Of a DNA stretch of 37,360 bases, positions 35,055-37,360 are shown in pieces. The DNA lies in the IMG/VR virus record IMGVR_UViG_3300047539_000004; one strand, written 5' to 3'. The translations under genes and the position numbers were made by a program. The DNA is from an uncultured virus (IMG/VR IMGVR_UViG_3300047539_000004). Its lineage: Duplodnaviria > Heunggongvirae > Uroviricota > Caudoviricetes. The notes beneath the pieces were generated by a model that did no database searches, was not told where the DNA came from, and saw only the letters and a list, made by a program, of their open reading frames with translations. How positions within the stretch are numbered: position 1 is the stretch's first letter; each line of letters starts with the position of its first letter.

Positions 35055-36623
35055 ATGACGTTTCTTTCTCAGTTTAAGGCCGCACGTCGAGTCAGTACCC
35101 CGCTAGTTGCCGTTCGCACATTCGATGCCAAAAGTACCGTTGACGCTGTAAAAACCCTATTCCCGCCAAAGAAAGAGGGCACCAAAGAAGTTTCAACTAT
35201 CCCCCCCATGATACTGTGGGATTGCATTAACGGGTTCCGTTCCGTATCAGAGGCGGGAAAGTCAGCGCTTGCCAGCATGATTGCATTGAGCCAGCTTGAG
35301 TCAGTGGAACTAACTATCCCTCTTGATTCGGCACTTCGTTTTATCACGAATTTTCCCGAGGATACGATTATCTTCATTTCCAACATTCATCTCTTTTGGG
35401 GAGAAAAAGAGATAATCCAAGGGTTGTGGAATCTTCGTGATAGTTTCAAGGTTTCGGGCAATATGCTGGTAGCATTGACGAATCCAGGTGCGATTCTGCC
35501 AATAGAATTAGCTCACGATTTTCTCGTACTTGACGAACCTTTGCCAACACTAGAAGTACTTGAAGGTGTTGTCAAGAATACGTTCGAGTATGCTAAGCTT
35601 GACGCCCCGAGCGCTGAGATTATGACTCAAGCGACTGGTGCATTAATTGGTTTACCATACTTTCCCGCAGAACAGTCTACGGCAATGTGTCTCAACATTG
35701 CTAACGATAACGGAAAGGTTACGGGCACTCTTGACATAGAGGGCCTATGGGAACGTAAACGCCAAGCTATCAATGCTACGCAAGGCTTGAGCATTACCAC
35801 CGGCAAAGAAAAGCTTGACGAGATAGGCGGATTAGAAACAGTCAAAACGTTTTTGTTGCGCTTGCTAAATGGCAATGACTCCCCGCATTGCATTATCTTT
35901 TCAGACGAGATTGAGAAAACTTTCGCCGGGTCCGGGACCGATACATCAGGAGTAAAGACAGAATTGACCGGGTCCATGCTTCAATGGACTACAAAACTTG
36001 ACATGGCTGGAGTACTCGGCATTGGAGTACCGGGCGCGGGAAAGACACAGATAATGAAAGCAATCGCGGCACAAATGGGGATTCCGTTTATCACTTTCGA
36101 TTTGGCTGGTATGCAAGGTTCGCTTGTAGGTCAATCGGGCGCCGCATTACGTGCCGCGCAGTCTATCATTGAAGCGGTTTCGGGTGGGCGCATCCTATGG
36201 GTGGCAACTTGCAATTCTATTGATGCTTTACCACCCGAATTGCAAGCCAGATTTAAGGATGGAACCTTTTTCTTCGATGCGCCTACAATAGAAGAAAGAA
36301 TTTCGATTTGGGCAATTCATCGCAAGGCTTTTAACATTCCTGAAACTGATACGTTGCCAATTGACAAGGGTTGGACGGGGCGTGAGATTAGGGAATGCTG
36401 TTCTAAAGCCTATCGCCTTAAGATGAACCTTTCTGATGCGTCTCAGTACATCGTACCCGTTACGGTATCTAATGCGGGGAGTATTGACAATCTCCGCCGT
36501 CAATCGTCTGGTAAGTATCTCTCAGCGTCTCACACTGGCATCTATCGCTATGAAGAAGAAGTAAAGCCATTTACCGGGCATGTTTTGAACGTTGAACAGG
36601 GGCGTAAAATGCGCGAGAGCTAG
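35055..36623 (+). CDS. Ycf46-like AAA+ ATPase with rearranged motif order
   Basis: IGGLETVK, IIFSDEIEK, GVPGAGKT, GSLVGQS, VATCNSIDALPPEL, FFFDAP, GWTGREI. Confidence 0.85.
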   Translation: MTFLSQFKAARRVSTPLVAVRTFDAKSTVDAVKTLFPPKKEGTKEVSTIPPMILWDCINGFRSVSEAGKSALASMIALSQLESVELTIPLDSALRFITNFPEDTIIFISNIHLFWGEKEIIQGLWNLRDSFKVSGNMLVALTNPGAILPIELAHDFLVLDEPLPTLEVLEGVVKNTFEYAKLDAPSAEIMTQATGALIGLPYFPAEQSTAMCLNIANDNGKVTGTLDIEGLWERKRQAINATQGLSITTGKEKLDEIGGLETVKTFLLRLLNGNDSPHCIIFSDEIEKTFAGSGTDTSGVKTELTGSMLQWTTKLDMAGVLGIGVPGAGKTQIMKAIAAQMGIPFITFDLAGMQGSLVGQSGAALRAAQSIIEAVSGGRILWVATCNSIDALPPELQARFKDGTFFFDAPTIEERISIWAIHRKAFNIPETDTLPIDKGWTGREIRECCSKAYRLKMNLSDASQYIVPVTVSNAGSIDNLRRQSSGKYLSASHTGIYRYEEEVKPFTGHVLNVEQGRKMRES

Positions 36624-36711
36624 TCCAGGGATTATGGGGGGAGTATTGACAATCTCCCCTATTTCCTGTAATGTATTTCACAGCAGTTAAACCAATGAAG
36701 GGAAGGGAAAT

Positions 36712-37137
36712 ATGTCACAATATAGCGAAAACAAAACCCAGTTTAAGGATGCCGACACGCTGTGCGAGGCATTGCACGAACTGGGTTTCGATGCGTCTAT
36801 GATCGAACGGCATGAGAATGCAGTTTCGCTAGTAGACTTTCAAGGTCACAAAACATACTACTTGGATGAAAAGGGCGATAAAGCCGAAATAATCATCCGC
36901 AGAGTACATATCGGGTCATCCGCCAATGACATAGGTTTTAAGAAAAACCCGGATGGGACAATCTCTGCGATTATCTCAGCCTATGATTCGCACCGTTACG
37001 GTCAAGCATGGCTTACTAAGCTTAAGGCCGCATACTGCGAAAAGGGATGTATGAAGCAAGGTAAAAAGATGGGCCTTAGATTTGCGGGAAAGAAAACCGT
37101 AAACGGAAAGGTCCAATTGCAATTTCTGCAAGCTTAA
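36712..37137 (+). CDS. DUF1257 (Ycf35-like) protein
   Basis: MSQYSENKTQFKD..L..AL..LG, NDIGFKKNPDG, IISAYD; follows the AAA gene. Confidence 0.72.
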   Translation: MSQYSENKTQFKDADTLCEALHELGFDASMIERHENAVSLVDFQGHKTYYLDEKGDKAEIIIRRVHIGSSANDIGFKKNPDGTISAIISAYDSHRYGQAWLTKLKAAYCEKGCMKQGKKMGLRFAGKKTVNGKVQLQFLQA

Positions 37138-37184
37138 TACCCTTGCACATCAACCAACTTTTACCAGAAAAGAGGAGTCGAAAA

Positions 37185-37360
37185 ATGGCGAAAATCGTAA
37201 CCATTACCATCAACCCTTCAGACGCATCATTTACCGTAGACAATACGGGTTTTCAAGGTAAGGGATGTGCCGCGATAATCAAGGCTTTCGCGGAAATTGG
37301 CGAAATCACCAAAGAAGTACATAAGCCGGAATACGACCGTCCAGTCAAAACAACCAATAC
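37185..37360 (+). CDS. DUF2997-like small protein (partial)
   Basis: MAKIVTITINP...GFQGKGC...KPEY; GAGGAG RBS. Confidence 0.65.
   Translation, partial: MAKIVTITINPSDASFTVDNTGFQGKGCAAIIKAFAEIGEITKEVHKPEYDRPVKTTN

Overview
This is a 37 kb segment of a tailed dsDNA phage genome; the host cannot be determined from sequence alone. The minus-strand arm (1-19.2 kb) carries the head genes (terminase, portal, scaffold, major capsid protein) plus accessory genes. The plus-strand arm carries a family A DNA polymerase, a tmRNA/tRNA cluster, small accessory genes and an AAA/DUF1257/DUF2997-like module. The major capsid gene (N4-gp56-like, 344 aa once spliced) is split into 7 exons by five complete group I introns and one 61-nt element. 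That element has no ribozyme core but keeps a 13-bp guide pairing (P1+P10) across the ligated exon junction, making it a candidate non-autonomous intron spliced by a neighbouring ribozyme. Other highlights are a circularly permuted tmRNA with a 41-aa tag, IS1595-type cassettes carrying DNA-modification genes (one a complete transposase-less element with TIRs and an 8-bp TSD), sigma70-type promoters built into intron cores, and an AAA ATPase whose Walker B segment precedes Walker A. All calls were made by eye; no database searches were run.
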